Notes under the pieces: generated by a model
Database searches by the model: none
What the model was told of the DNA's origin: nothing
The model's input: only the letters and a program-made list of their open reading frames with translations
In this document: positions 43,742 to 58,042 of the stretch, one piece after another
Position numbering within the stretch: the first letter of the stretch is position 1
Layout of the letters: each line of letters opens with the position of its first letter
Program-made: the position numbers and the translations under genes
Assembly: GCF_009914755.1 (NCBI RefSeq)
Contig: NC_060948.1
Length of the DNA: 64,000 nucleotides
Strand: one strand, 5' to 3'
Origin: the human T2T-CHM13v2.0 reference genome, Homo sapiens

Positions 43742-46700
43742 CCTGGAATAAAGTGGAATGCTACGGTCTCGAATGGAATAAAAATGTATGGAATGGAATG
43801 CAATGAAACGGAATCGAATGTCATAGAATGTAATGGAATGCAAAAAAATGGAATCCAAAATCATTGACTGGAAAGGCTGGGTGTCGAAAGGAATTGACTC
43901 CAACGGAATGGAATCGAATGGAATGGAAGTGAATAGAATCGAACTAAATCGAATGGAATGGAATTGATAGGAACGGAATGGAAAGGAATGCAATGATTTG
44001 GCATGGAATGGAATCGAATGGCATCGAATGGAATGGAATGGAATGCAATGGAATGGAATGTATTAGAATGTAATGAACTTTAATGGAATGTACTCGAATG
44101 GATTCGACTGGAATGGAATGTTCTGGAAGTGAATGGACTCCAATGGAATGGATTCAAAAGGAATGGAATCGTACGGAATGGAATCTAATGGAATGGAATT
44201 AAATGGAAATGAATCAAATTGAATAGCACGGAATTGAATTGAATGGAATGGAATGCAATGGAATCTAATGAAACGGAAAGGAAAGGAATGGAATGGAATG
44301 GAATGGGCTGGAATGGAAAGGAATCGAAACGAATGGAATGGAATCGAAGTGAAGAGACTGGAATGGAATGCACTGGAATGGAAGGGAGTGTAATGGAAGG
44401 TTCTCGAAAAAAATGGAATCGAATGGAATGGAATTGAATGGAACGGAATAGAGTCGAATGGAATTGAATGGAATGGAATGGACTAGAGTGAAATGGAATC
44501 GAACCACAAGGAATGGACAGGAATAGAATGGTCTCGAATTGAATGGAATCGTATGGAATGGCATCAAACGGAATGGAATGGACAGCCACGGAATGGAATG
44601 CACTCGAATGCAATGGAGTCGAAACTAATGGACTGGAATAGAATGGACTCGACTGGTACGGACTCCAATGGAATGGAATCGAATGGAAGGGAATCGAACG
44701 GAATGGAATCGAACGGAATGGACTCGAAGGGAAAAGACTGCAATGGAAAGGTCTCGAATGGAATGGAAATTAATGGAATGGAATGGAATCGAATGAAATG
44801 GAGTCAAAAGGAATGGAATCGAATGGCAAGAAATCGAATGTAATGGAATCGCCAGGAATTGATGTGAACGGAACGGAATGGAATGGAATCCAAAGGAATG
44901 GAATAGAATGGAATGGAATCGAATGGAAAGGACTCGAATGGAAATCACTCGAATAGAATGCAATTTAATAAAATAGGATCAAATGTAATGGAATGGAATG
45001 GAAAGGAATCGAAACGAAAGGAATGGAGACAGATGGAATGGAATGGAACAGAGAGCAATGGTATAGAATGGAATGGAATCATCTGGAATGGAATTGAATG
45101 GAATGGAATAATATGAAATGGAATGGAATGGAATGGAATGGAATGGAATGCCCTTGAATTAAACGGACTGGAATGGAATGGACTCAAACAGAGTGGAATG
45201 GAAAGTGTGGAGATAGAATGGAATGAACTCCTTTGGAATGGTGTAGTATGCAATGCAATCGACTGGCAGGGAATCAAAAGGAATGTAATCGAATGGATTG
45301 GACTGGAATGCAATGGACTCGAATAGATTGGAAACGGAATGCAAAGGAATGGAATGGAATAGTATGGAATGCAATGGAAGGGAATGGAGTGGAATAGACT
45401 AGAGTGGAATGGAATGGACTGGAAAGCAATGGACTGGAATGGAACTTTCTTGGATGGACTGGAATCAAACGGAATGGAATGCAATGCAATCAAATGGCAT
45501 GGAATAAAATAGAATGAAAGAGAATCAAATGGAATTGAATCGAATGGAATCGAATGGATTGGAAAGGAATAGAATGGAATGGAATGGAATGGACTCAAAT
45601 GGAATGTACTAGAATGGAATGGATTCGAATGGAAGGCAAAGGAATGGAATCTATTGGAATGGACTGTAATGGAATGGAATGGAAGGGATTGGAATGGACT
45701 CGAATGGAATGGACTGCAATAGAAAGGATTCGAATGGAATGAAAAAGAATTGAATGGAATAGAACAGAATGGAATCAAATCGAATGAAATGGAATGGAAT
45801 AGAAAGGAATGGAATGAAATGGAATGGAAAGGATTCGAATGGAATGCAATCGAATGGAATGGAATCGAACGGAATGGAATAAAATGGAAGAAAACTGGCA
45901 AGAAATGGAATCGAAATGAATGGAGTGTTATGGAACGGACTCAAAAGGAATTGAATGTAATAGAATGGAGTGGAGTGGACTCGAATATAATGGACTGGAA
46001 TGGAATGAAATCACATGGAATGGGAACGAATGGAATGGAATGGAAAGGAATGGAATCGAATGGAAAGGAATCGAATGGAAGGGAATGAAATTGAATCAAC
46101 ACGAATGGAAGGGAATAGAATAGACTGTAATGGAATGGACTCGAATAGAATGGACACGAATGCTCAAATTAAATGGACTCGAATGGAATGGAAACGAAAG
46201 GAATGTCACCGAATGGAATTGAATCGATTGGAATGAAATCGCATAGAATGGAGTGGAATCAAATGGAATTGAATCGAAAGGAAAGGAAGCGAATGGACTG
46301 AAATGAAATGGAATGGAATTGAATGGAAAGTAATGCAATGGAATAGAATGGAACGAAATTTCACGGAATGGAATCAAACTGAATGGAATCAAATCAATGG
46401 AATCAAATCAAATGGAATGGAAAGGAATTGAATGGAGTAGATGGGATTGGATGGGATTGGAATGAAATGTACTGGAAAGGACTCGAATTTCATGAAACGG
46501 AATGGAATGAATTGGAACGGAATGGACTCGAATGGAATGGAATGTCATGGGATGGCATCAAATGGAATGGCATCAAATGGAATGGAATCGAATGCAATGG
46601 AATGCTATGGAATGGAATGGAATGCATTGGAATGGAATGTCCTCTAATGGAGTGGATTCGAGTGGAATGGAATTGAATATAATGGAGTCGAATGAAATGG

Positions 46701-47325
46701 AATTGAAAGGAATGGGATCGAATACAATTGAATATACAGGAATGTAACGTAATGAACTCGAATGTAATTGACTGGAATGGAATGTACATGAATGGAATGT
46801 AATCGAATGGAAAGTAATCCAATGGAATAGAATCTAATGCAATAAAATCGACTCAGATAGAGTAGAATGTAATGGAATGGAGTGCAGTGCAATGGAATGG
46901 AATGGAATGGAATGCAATGGAATGGAATGGAATGGAATGGAATGGAATGGAATGGAATGGGATGGAATGGTATGGAATGGATAGTAATGGACTGGAGTGA
47001 AATGGACTGGAAAGGAATGGACTCAAATTGAAAGGGCTCGAAAGGAATGGAGTCAAATGGAATGGTCTGGTATGGAATGAACACGAATGTAATGCAACCC
47101 AATAGAATGGAATCGAATGGCATGGAATATAAAGAAATGGAATCGAAGAGAATGGAAACAAATGGAATGGAATTGAATGGAATGGAATTGAATGGAATGG
47201 GAACGAATGGAGTGAAATTGTATGCAGTAGAAGAGAATAGAATGGAATGCAAGCGAAAGGAAAGGAATGGATTGGAATGGAATGGAATTCATTGGAATGG
47301 AAGGGAATGTAGTGTAATGGACAGG
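43742..47325 (+). repeat. DYZ1: DYZ1 unit U13, 3584 bp (type D2)
   Basis: No 15-bp deletion; keeps the extra pentamer and TAAACGG near 45164. Confidence 0.95.
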
Positions 47326-50300
47326 CCTGGAATAAAGTGGAATGCTACGGTCTCGAATGGAATAAAAATGTATGGAATGGAATGCAATGAAACGGAATCG
47401 AATGTCATAGAATGTAATGGAATGCAAAAAAATGGAATCCAAAATCATTGACTGGAAAGGCTGGGTGTCGAAAGGAATTGACTCCAACGGAATGGAATCG
47501 AATGGAATGGAAGTGAATAGAATCGAACTAAATCGAATGGAATGGAATTGATAGGAACGGAATGGAAAGGAATGCAATGATTTGGCATGGAATGGAATCG
47601 AATGGCATCGAATGGAATGGAATGGAATGCAATGGAATGGAATGTATTAGAATGTAATGAACTTTAATGGAATGTACTCGAATGGATTCGACTGGAATGG
47701 AATGTTCTGGAAGTGAATGGACTCCAATGGAATGGATTCAAAAGGAATGGAATCGTACGGAATGGAATCTAATGGAATGGAATTAAATGGAAATGAATCA
47801 AATTGAATAGCACGGAATTGAATTGAATGGAATGGAATGCAATGGAATCTAATGAAACGGAAAGGAAAGGAATGGAATGGAATGGAATGGGCTGGAATGG
47901 AAAGGAATCGAAACGAATGGAATGGAATCGAAGTGAAGAGACTGGAATGGAATGCACTGGAATGGAAGGGAGTGTAATGGAAGGTTCTCGAAAAAAATGG
48001 AATCGAATGGAATGGAATTGAATGGAACGGAATAGAGTCGAATGGAATTGAATGGAATGGAATGGACTAGAGTGAAATGGAATCGAACCACAAGGAATGG
48101 ACAGGAATAGAATGGTCTCGAATTGAATGGAATCGTATGGAATGGCATCAAACGGAATGGAATGGACAGCCACGGAATGGAATGCACTCGAATGCAATGG
48201 AGTCGAAACTAATGGACTGGAATAGAATGGACTCGACTGGTACGGACTCCAATGGAATGGAATCGAATGGAAGGGAATCGAACGGAATGGAATCGAACGG
48301 AATGGACTCGAAGGGAAAAGACTGCAATGGAAAGGTCTCGAATGGAATGGAAATTAATGGAATGGAATGGAATCGAATGAAATGGAGTCAAAAGGAATGG
48401 AATCGAATGGCAAGAAATCGAATGTAATGGAATCGCCAGGAATTGATGTGAACGGAACGGAATGGAATGGAATCCAAAGGAATGGAATAGAATGGAATGG
48501 AATCGAATGGAAAGGACTCGAATGGAAATCACTCGAATAGAATGCAATTTAATAAAATAGGATCAAATGTAATGGAATGGAATGGAAAGGAATCGAAACG
48601 AAAGGAATGGAGACAGATGGAATGGAATGGAACAGAGAGCAATGGTATAGAATGGAATGGAATCATCTGGAATGGAATTGAATGGAATGGAATAATATGA
48701 AATGGAATGGAATGGAATGGAATGGAATGCCCTTGAATTAAATGGACTGGAATGGAATGGACTCAAACAGAGTGGAATGGAAAGTGTGGAGATAGAATGG
48801 AATGAACTCCTTTGGAATGGTGTAGTATGCAATGCAATCGACTGGCAGGGAATCAAAAGGAATGTAATCGAATGGATTGGACTGGAATGCAATGGACTCG
48901 AATAGATTGGAAACGGAATGCAAAGGAATGGAATGGAATAGTATGGAATGCAATGGAAGGGAATGGAGTGGAATAGACTAGAGTGGAATGGAATGGACTG
49001 GAAAGCAATGGACTGGAATGGAACTTTCTTGGATGGACTGGAATCAAACGGAATGGAATGCAATGCAATCAAATGGCATGGAATAAAATAGAATGAAAGA
49101 GAATCAAATGGAATTGAATCGAATGGAATCGAATGGATTGGAAAGGAATAGAATGGAATGGAATGGAATGGACTCAAATGGAATGTACTAGAATGGAATG
49201 GATTCGAATGGAAGGCAAAGGAATGGAATCTATTGGAATGGACTGTAATGGAATGGAATGGAAGGGATTGGAATGGACTCGAATGGAATGGACTGCAATA
49301 GAAAGGATTCGAATGGAATGAAAAAGAATTGAATGGAATAGAACAGAATGGAATCAAATCGAATGAAATGGAATGGAATAGAAAGGAATGGAATGAAATG
49401 GAATGGAAAGGATTCGAATGGAATGCAATCGAATGGAATGGAATCGAACGGAATGGAATAAAATGGAAGAAAACTGGCAAGAAATGGAATCGAAATGAAT
49501 GGAGTGTTATGGAACGGACTCAAAAGGAATTGAATGTAATAGAATGGAGTGGAGTGGACTCGAATATAATGGACTGGAATGGAATGAAATCACATGGAAT
49601 GGGAACGAATGGAATCGAATGGAAAGGAATCGAATGGAAGGGAATGAAATTGAATCAACACGAATGGAAGGGAATAGAATAGACTGTAATGGAATGGACT
49701 CGAATAGAATGGACACGAATGCTCAAATTAAATGGACTCGAATGGAATGGAAACGAAAGGAATGTCACCGAATGGAATTGAATCGATTGGAATGAAATCG
49801 CATAGAATGGAGTGGAATCAAATGGAATTGAATCGAAAGGAAAGGAAGCGAATGGACTGAAATGAAATGGAATGGAATTGAATGGAAAGTAATGCAATGG
49901 AATAGAATGGAACGAAATTTCACGGAATGGAATCAAACTGAATGGAATCAAATCAATGGAATCAAATCAAATGGAATGGAAAGGAATTGAATGGAGTAGA
50001 TGGGATTGGATGGGATTGGAATGAAATGTACTGGAAAGGACTCGAATTTCATGAAACGGAATGGAATGAATTGGAACGGAATGGACTCGAATGGAATGGA
50101 ATGTCATGGGATGGCATCAAATGGAATGGCATCAAATGGAATGGAATCGAATGCAATGGAATGCTATGGAATGGAATGGAATGCATTGGAATGGAATGTC
50201 CTCTAATGGAGTGGATTCGAGTGGAATGGAATTGAATATAATGGAGTCGAATGAAATGGAATTGAAAGGAATGGGATCGAATACAATGGAATATACAGGA

Positions 50301-50884
50301 ATGTAACGTAATGAACTCGAATGTAATTGACTGGAATGGAATGTACATGAATGGAATGTAATCGAATGGAAAGTAATCCAATGGAATAGAATCTAATGCA
50401 ATAAAATCGACTCAGATAGAGTAGAATGTAATGGAATGGAGTGCAGTGCAATGGAATGGAATGGAATGGAATGCAATGGAATGGAATGGAATGGAATGGA
50501 ATGGAATGGAATGGAATGGGATGGAATGGTATGGAATGGATAGTAATGGACTGGAGTGAAATGGACTGGAAAGGAATGGACTCAAATTGAAAGGGCTCGA
50601 AAGGAATGGAGTCAAATGGAATGGTCTGGTATGGAATGAACACGAATGTAATGCAACCCAATAGAATGGAATCGAATGGCATGGAATATAAAGAAATGGA
50701 ATCGAAGAGAATGGAAACAAATGGAATGGAATTGAATGGAATGGAATTGAATGGAATGGGAACGAATGGAGTGAAATTGTATGCAGTAGAAGAGAATAGA
50801 ATGGAATGCAAGCGAAAGGAAAGGAATGGATTGGAATGGAATGGAATTCATTGGAATGGAAGGGAATGTAGTGTAATGGACAGG
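47326..50884 (+). repeat. DYZ1: DYZ1 unit U14, 3559 bp (type D3, shortest)
   Basis: 20-bp deletion at ~49610/49611. Confidence 0.95.
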
Positions 50885-53800
50885 CCTGGAATAAAGTGGA
50901 ATGCTACGGTCTCGAATGGAATAAAAATGTATGGAATGGAATGCAATGAAACGGAATCGAATGTCATAGAATGTAATGGAATGCAAAAAAATGGAATCCA
51001 AAATCATTGACTGGAAAGGCTGGGTGTCGAAAGGAATTGACTCCAACGGAATGGAATCGAATGGAATGGAAGTGAATAGAATCGAACTAAATCGAATGGA
51101 ATGGAATTGATAGGAACGGAATGGAAAGGAATGCAATGATTTGGCATGGAATGGAATCGAATGGCATCGAATGGAATGGAATGGAATGCAATGGAATGGA
51201 ATGTATTAGAATGTAATGAACTTTAATGGAATGTACTCGAATGGATTCGACTGGAATGGAATGTTCTGGAAGTGAATGGACTCCAATGGAATGGATTCAA
51301 AAGGAATGGAATCGTACGGAATGGAATCTAATGGAATGGAATTAAATGGAAATGAATCAAATTGAATAGCACGGAATTGAATTGAATGGAATGGAATGCA
51401 ATGGAATCTAATGAAACGGAAAGGAAAGGAATGGAATGGAATGGAATGGGCTGGAATGGAAAGGAATCGAAACGAATGGAATGGAATCGAAGTGAAGAGA
51501 CTGGAATGGAATGCACTGGAATGGAAGGGAGTGTAATGGAAGGTTCTCGAAAAAAATGGAATCGAATGGAATGGAATTGAATGGAACGGAATAGAGTCGA
51601 ATGGAATTGAATGGAATGGAATGGACTAGAGTGAAATGGAATCGAACCACAAGGAATGGACAGGAATAGAATGGTCTCGAATTGAATGGAATCGTATGGA
51701 ATGGCATCAAACGGAATGGAATGGACAGCCACGGAATGGAATGCACTCGAATGCAATGGAGTCGAAACTAATGGACTGGAATAGAATGGACTCGACTGGT
51801 ACGGACTCCAATGGAATGGAATCGAATGGAAGGGAATCGAACGGAATGGAATCGAACGGAATGGACTCGAAGGGAAAAGACTGCAATGGAAAGGTCTCGA
51901 ATGGAATGGAAATTAATGGAATGGAATGGAATCGAATGAAATGGAGTCAAAAGGAATGGAATCGAATGGCAAGAAATCGAATGTAATGGAATCGCCAGGA
52001 ATTGATGTGAACGGAACGGAATGGAATGGAATCCAAAGGAATGGAATAGAATGGAATGGAATCGAATGGAAAGGACTCGAATGGAAATCACTCGAATAGA
52101 ATGCAATTTAATAAAATAGGATCAAATGTAATGGAATGGAATGGAAAGGAATCGAAACGAAAGGAATGGAGACAGATGGAATGGAATGGAACAGAGAGCA
52201 ATGGTATAGAATGGAATGGAATCATCTGGAATGGAATTGAATGGAATGGAATAATATGAAATGGAATGGAATGGAATGGAATGGAATGCCCTTGAATTAA
52301 ATGGACTGGAATGGAATGGACTCAAACAGAGTGGAATGGAAAGTGTGGAGATAGAATGGAATGAACTCCTTTGGAATGGTGTAGTATGCAATGCAATCGA
52401 CTGGCAGGGAATCAAAAGGAATGTAATCGAATGGATTGGACTGGAATGCAATGGACTCGAATAGATTGGAAACGGAATGCAAAGGAATGGAATGGAATAG
52501 TATGGAATGCAATGGAAGGGAATGGAGTGGAATAGACTAGAGTGGAATGGAATGGACTGGAAAGCAATGGACTGGAATGGAACTTTCTTGGATGGACTGG
52601 AATCAAACGGAATGGAATGCAATGCAATCAAATGGCATGGAATAAAATAGAATGAAAGAGAATCAAATGGAATTGAATCGAATGGAATCGAATGGATTGG
52701 AAAGGAATAGAATGGAATGGAATGGAATGGACTCAAATGGAATGTACTAGAATGGAATGGATTCGAATGGAAGGCAAAGGAATGGAATCTATTGGAATGG
52801 ACTGTAATGGAATGGAATGGAAGGGATTGGAATGGACTCGAATGGAATGGACTGCAATAGAAAGGATTCGAATGGAATGAAAAAGAATTGAATGGAATAG
52901 AACAGAATGGAATCAAATCGAATGAAATGGAATGGAATAGAAAGGAATGGAATGAAATGGAATGGAAAGGATTCGAATGGAATGCAATCGAATGGAATGG
53001 AATCGAACGGAATGGAATAAAATGGAAGAAAACTGGCAAGAAATGGAATCGAAATGAATGGAGTGTTATGGAACGGACTCAAAAGGAATTGAATGTAATA
53101 GAATGGAGTGGAGTGGACTCGAATATAATGGACTGGAATGGAATGAAATCACATGGAATGGGAACGAATGGAATGGAATGGAAAGGAATGGAATCGAATG
53201 GAAAGGAATCGAATGGAAGGGAATGAAATTGAATCAACACGAATGGAAGGGAATAGAATAGACTGTAATGGAATGGACTCGAATAGAATGGACACGAATG
53301 CTCAAATTAAATGGACTCGAATGGAATGGAAACGAAAGGAATGTCACCGAATGGAATTGAATCGATTGGAATGAAATCGCATAGAATGGAGTGGAATCAA
53401 ATGGAATTGAATCGAAAGGAAAGGAAGCGAATGGACTGAAATGAAATGGAATGGAATTGAATGGAAAGTAATGCAATGGAATAGAATGGAACGAAATTTC
53501 ACGGAATGGAATCAAACTGAATGGAATCAAATCAATGGAATCAAATCAAATGGAATGGAAAGGAATTGAATGGAGTAGATGGGATTGGATGGGATTGGAA
53601 TGAAATGTACTGGAAAGGACTCGAATTTCATGAAACGGAATGGAATGAATTGGAACGGAATGGACTCAAATGGAATGGAATGTCATGGGATGGCATCAAA
53701 TGGAATGACATCAAATGGAATGGAATCGAATGCAATGGAATGCTATGGAATGGAATGGAATGCATTGGAATGGAATGTCCGCTAATGGAATGGATTCGAG

Positions 53801-54468
53801 TGGAATGGAATCGAATATAATGGAGTCGAATGAAATGGAATTGAAAGGAATGGGATCGAATACAATGGAATATACTGGAATGTAACGTAATGAACTCGAA
53901 TGTAATTGACTGGAATGGAATGTACATGAATGGAATGTAATCGAATGGAAAGTAATCCAATGGAATAGAATCTAATGCAATAAAATCGACTCAGATAGAG
54001 TAGAATGTAATGGAATGGAGTGCAGTGCAATGGAATGGAATGGAATGGAATGCAATGGAATGGAATGGAATGGAATGGAATGGAATGGAATGGAATGGAA
54101 TGGGATGGAATGGTATGGAATGGATAGTAATGCACTGGAGTGAAATGGACTGGAAAGGAATGGACTCAAATTGACAGCGCTCGAAAGGAATGGAGTCAAA
54201 TGGAATGGTCTGGAATGGAATGAACACGAATGTAATGCAACCCAATAGAATGGAATCGAATGGCATGGAATACAAAGAAATGGAATCGAAGAGAATGGAA
54301 AGAAATGGAATGGAATTGAATGGAATGGAATTGAATGGAATGGGAACGAATGGAGTGAAATTGTATGCAGTAGAAGAGAATAGAATGGAATGCAAGCGAA
54401 AGGAAAGGAATGGATTGGAATGGAATGGAATTCATTGGAATGGAAGGGAATGTAGTGTAATGGACAGG
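50885..54468 (+). repeat. DYZ1: DYZ1 unit U15, 3584 bp (D head, divergent tail)
   Basis: Last D marker at 53347; tail has private variants at 53668, 53812, 54133, 54273 and 54302. Confidence 0.93.
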
Positions 54469-57400
54469 CCTGGAATAAAGTGGAATGCTACGGTCTCGAA
54501 TGGAATAAAAATGTATGGAATGGAAGGCAATGAAACGGAATCGAATGTCATAGAATGTAATGGAATGCAAAAAAATGGAATCCAAAATCATTGACTGGAA
54601 AGGCTGGGTGTCGAAAGGAATTGACTCCAATGGAATGGAATCGAATGGAATGGAAGTGAATAGAATCGAACTAAATCGAATGGAATGGAATTGATAGGAA
54701 CGGAATGGAAAGGAATGCAATGATTTGGCATGGAATGGAATCGAATGGCATCGAATGGAATGGAATGGAATGCAATGGAATGGAATGTATTAGAATGGAA
54801 TGAACTTTAATGGAATGTACTCGAATGGATTCGACTGGAATGGAATGTTCTGGAAGTGAATGGACTCCAATGGAATGGATTCAAAAGGAATGGAATCGTA
54901 CGGAATGGAATCTAATGGAATGGAATTAAATGGAAATGAATCAAATTGAATAGCACGGAATTGAATTGAATGGAATGGAATGCAATGGAATCTAATGAAA
55001 CGGAAAGGAAAGGAATGGAATGGAATGGAATGGGCTGGAATGGAAAGGAATCGAAACGAATGGAATGGAATCGAAGTGAAGAGACTGGAATGGAATGCAC
55101 TGGAATGGAAGGGAGTGTAATGGAAGGTTCTCGAAAAAAATGGAATCGAATGGAATGGAATTGAATGGAACGGAATAGAGTCGAATGGAATTGAATGGAA
55201 TGGAATGGACTAGAGTGAAATGGAATCGAACCACAAGGAATGGACAGGAATAGAATGGTCTCGAATTGAATGGAATCGTATGGAATGGCATCAAACGGAA
55301 TGGAATGGACAGCCACGGAATGGAATGCACTCGAATGCAATGGAGTCGAAACTAATGGACTGGAATAGAATGGACTCGACTGGTACGGACTCCAATGGAA
55401 TGGAATCGAATGGAAGGGAATCGAACGGAATGGAATCGAACGGAATGGACTCGAAGGGAAAAGACTGCAATGGAAAGGTCTCGAATGGAATGGAAATTAA
55501 TGGAATGGAATGGAATCGAATGAAATGGAGTCAAAAGGAATGGAATCGAATGGCAAGAAATCGAATGTAATGGAATCGCCAGGAATTGATGTGAACGGAA
55601 CGGAATGGAATGGAATCCAAAGGAATGGAATAGAATGGAATGGAATCGAATGGAAAGGACTCGAATGGAAATCACTCGAATAGAATGCAATTTAATAAAA
55701 TAGGATCAAATGTAATGGAATGGAATGGAAAGGAATCGAAACGAAAGGAATGGAGACAGATGGAATGGAATGGAACAGAGAGCAATGGTATAGAATGGAA
55801 TGGAATCATCTGGAATGGAATTGAATGGAATGGAATAATATGAAATGGAATGGAATGGAATGGAATGGAATGCCCTTGAATTAAATGGACTGGAATGGAA
55901 TGGACTCAAACAGAGTGGAATGGAAAGTGTGGAGATAGAATGGAATGAACTCCTTTGGAATGGTGTAGTATGCAATGCAATCGACTGGCAGGGAATCAAA
56001 AGGAATGTAATCGAATGGATTGGACTGGAATGCAATGGACTCGAATAGATTGGAAACGGAATGCAAAGGAATGGAATGGAATAGTATGGAATGCAATGGA
56101 AGGGAATGGAGTGGAATAGACTAGAGTGGAATGGAATGGACTGGAAAGCAATGGACTGGAATGGAACTTTCTTGGATGGACTGGAATCAAACGGAATGGA
56201 ATGCAGTGCAATCAAATGGCATGGAATAAAATAGAATGAAAGAGAATCAAATGGAATTGAATCGAATGGAATCGAATGGATTGGAAAGGAATAGAATGGA
56301 ATGGAATGGAATTGACTCAAATGGAATGGACTAGAATGGAATGGATTCGAATGGAAGGCAAAGGAATGGAATCTATTGGAATGGACTGTAATGGAATGGA
56401 ATGGAAGGGATTGGAATGGACTCGAATGGAATGGACTGCAATAGAAAGGATTCGAATGGAATGAAAAAGAATTGAATGGAATAGAACAGAATGGAATCAA
56501 ATCGAATGAAATGGAATGGAATAGAAAGGAATGGAATGAAATGGAATGGAAAGGATTCGAATGGAATGCAATCGAATGGAATGGAATCGAACGGAATGGA
56601 ATAAAATGGAAGAAAACTGGCAAGAAATGGAATCGAAATGAATGGAGTGTTATGGAACGGACTCAAAAGGAATTGAATGTAATAGAATGGAGTGGAGTGG
56701 ACTCGAATATAATGGACTGGAATGGAATGAAATCACATGGAATGGGAACGAATGGAATGGAATGGAAAGGAATGGAATCGAATGGAAAGGAATCGAATGG
56801 AAGGGAATGAAATTGAATCAACACGAATGGAAGGGAATAGAATAGACTGTAATGGAATGGACTCGAATAGAATGGACACGAATGCTCAAATTAAATGGAC
56901 TCGAATGGAATGGAAACGAAAGGAATGTCATCGAATGGAATTGAATCGATTGGAATGAAATCGCATAGAATGGAGTGGAATCAAATGGAATTGAATCGAA
57001 AGGAAAGGAAGCGAATGGACTGAAATGAAATGGAATGGAATTGAATGGAAAGTAATGCAATGGAATAGAATGGAACGAAATTTCACGGAATGGAATCAAA
57101 CTGAATGGAATCAAATCAATGGAATCAAATCAAATGGAATGGAAAGGAATTGAATGGAGTAGATTGGATTGGATGGGATTGGAATGAAATGTACTGGAAA
57201 GGACTCGAATTTCATGAAACGGAATGGAATGAATTGGAACGGAATGGACTCGAATGGAATGGAATGTCATGGGATGGCATCAAATGGAATGACATCAAAT
57301 GGAATGGAATCGAATGCAATGGAATGCTATGGAATGGAATGGAATGCATTGGAATGGAATGTCCTCTAATGGAATGGATTCGAGTGGAATGGAATTGAAT

Positions 57401-58042
57401 ATAATGGAGTCGAATGAAATGGAATTGAAAGGAATGGGATCGAATACAATGGAATATACAGGAATGTAACGTAATGAACTCGAATGTAATTGACTGGAAT
57501 GGAATGTACATGAATGGAATGTAATCGAATGGAAAGTAATCCAATGGAATAGAATCTAATGCAATAAAATCGACTCAGATAGAGTAGAATGTAATGGAAT
57601 GGAGTGCAGTGCAATGGAATGGAATGGAATGGAATGCAATGGAATGGAATGGAATGGAATGGAATGGAATGGAATGGGATGGAATGGTATGGAATGGATA
57701 GTAATGGACTGGAGTGAAATGGACTGGAAAGGAATGGACTCAAATTGAAAGGGCTCGAAAGGAATGGAGTCAAATGGAATGGTCTGGAATGGAATGAACA
57801 CGAATGTAATGCAACCCAATAGAATGGAATCGAATGGCATGGAATATAAAGAAATGGAATCGAAGAGAATGGAAACAAATGGAATGGAATTGAATGGAAT
57901 GGAATTGAATGGAATGGGAACGAATGGAGTGAAATTGTATGCAGTAGAAGAGAATAGAATGGAATGCAAGCGAAAGGAAAGGAATGGATTGGAATGGAAT
58001 GGAATTCATTGGAATGGAAGGGAATGTAGTGTAATGGACAGG
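54469..58042 (+). repeat. DYZ1: DYZ1 unit U16, 3574 bp
   Basis: HaeIII interval; GGAAGGCAA at 54526; tract n=7. Confidence 0.95.

Larger units (their letters stand above)
35667..53531 (+). repeat. Clonal block of five related units (type D), 17,865 bp
   Basis: Shared markers GGAGTGGATT, TCTGGTATGG, ATGTACTAG and GTCACCGAA each occur five times, only here. Ends lie within 35482-35843 and 53347-53708. Confidence 0.88.
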
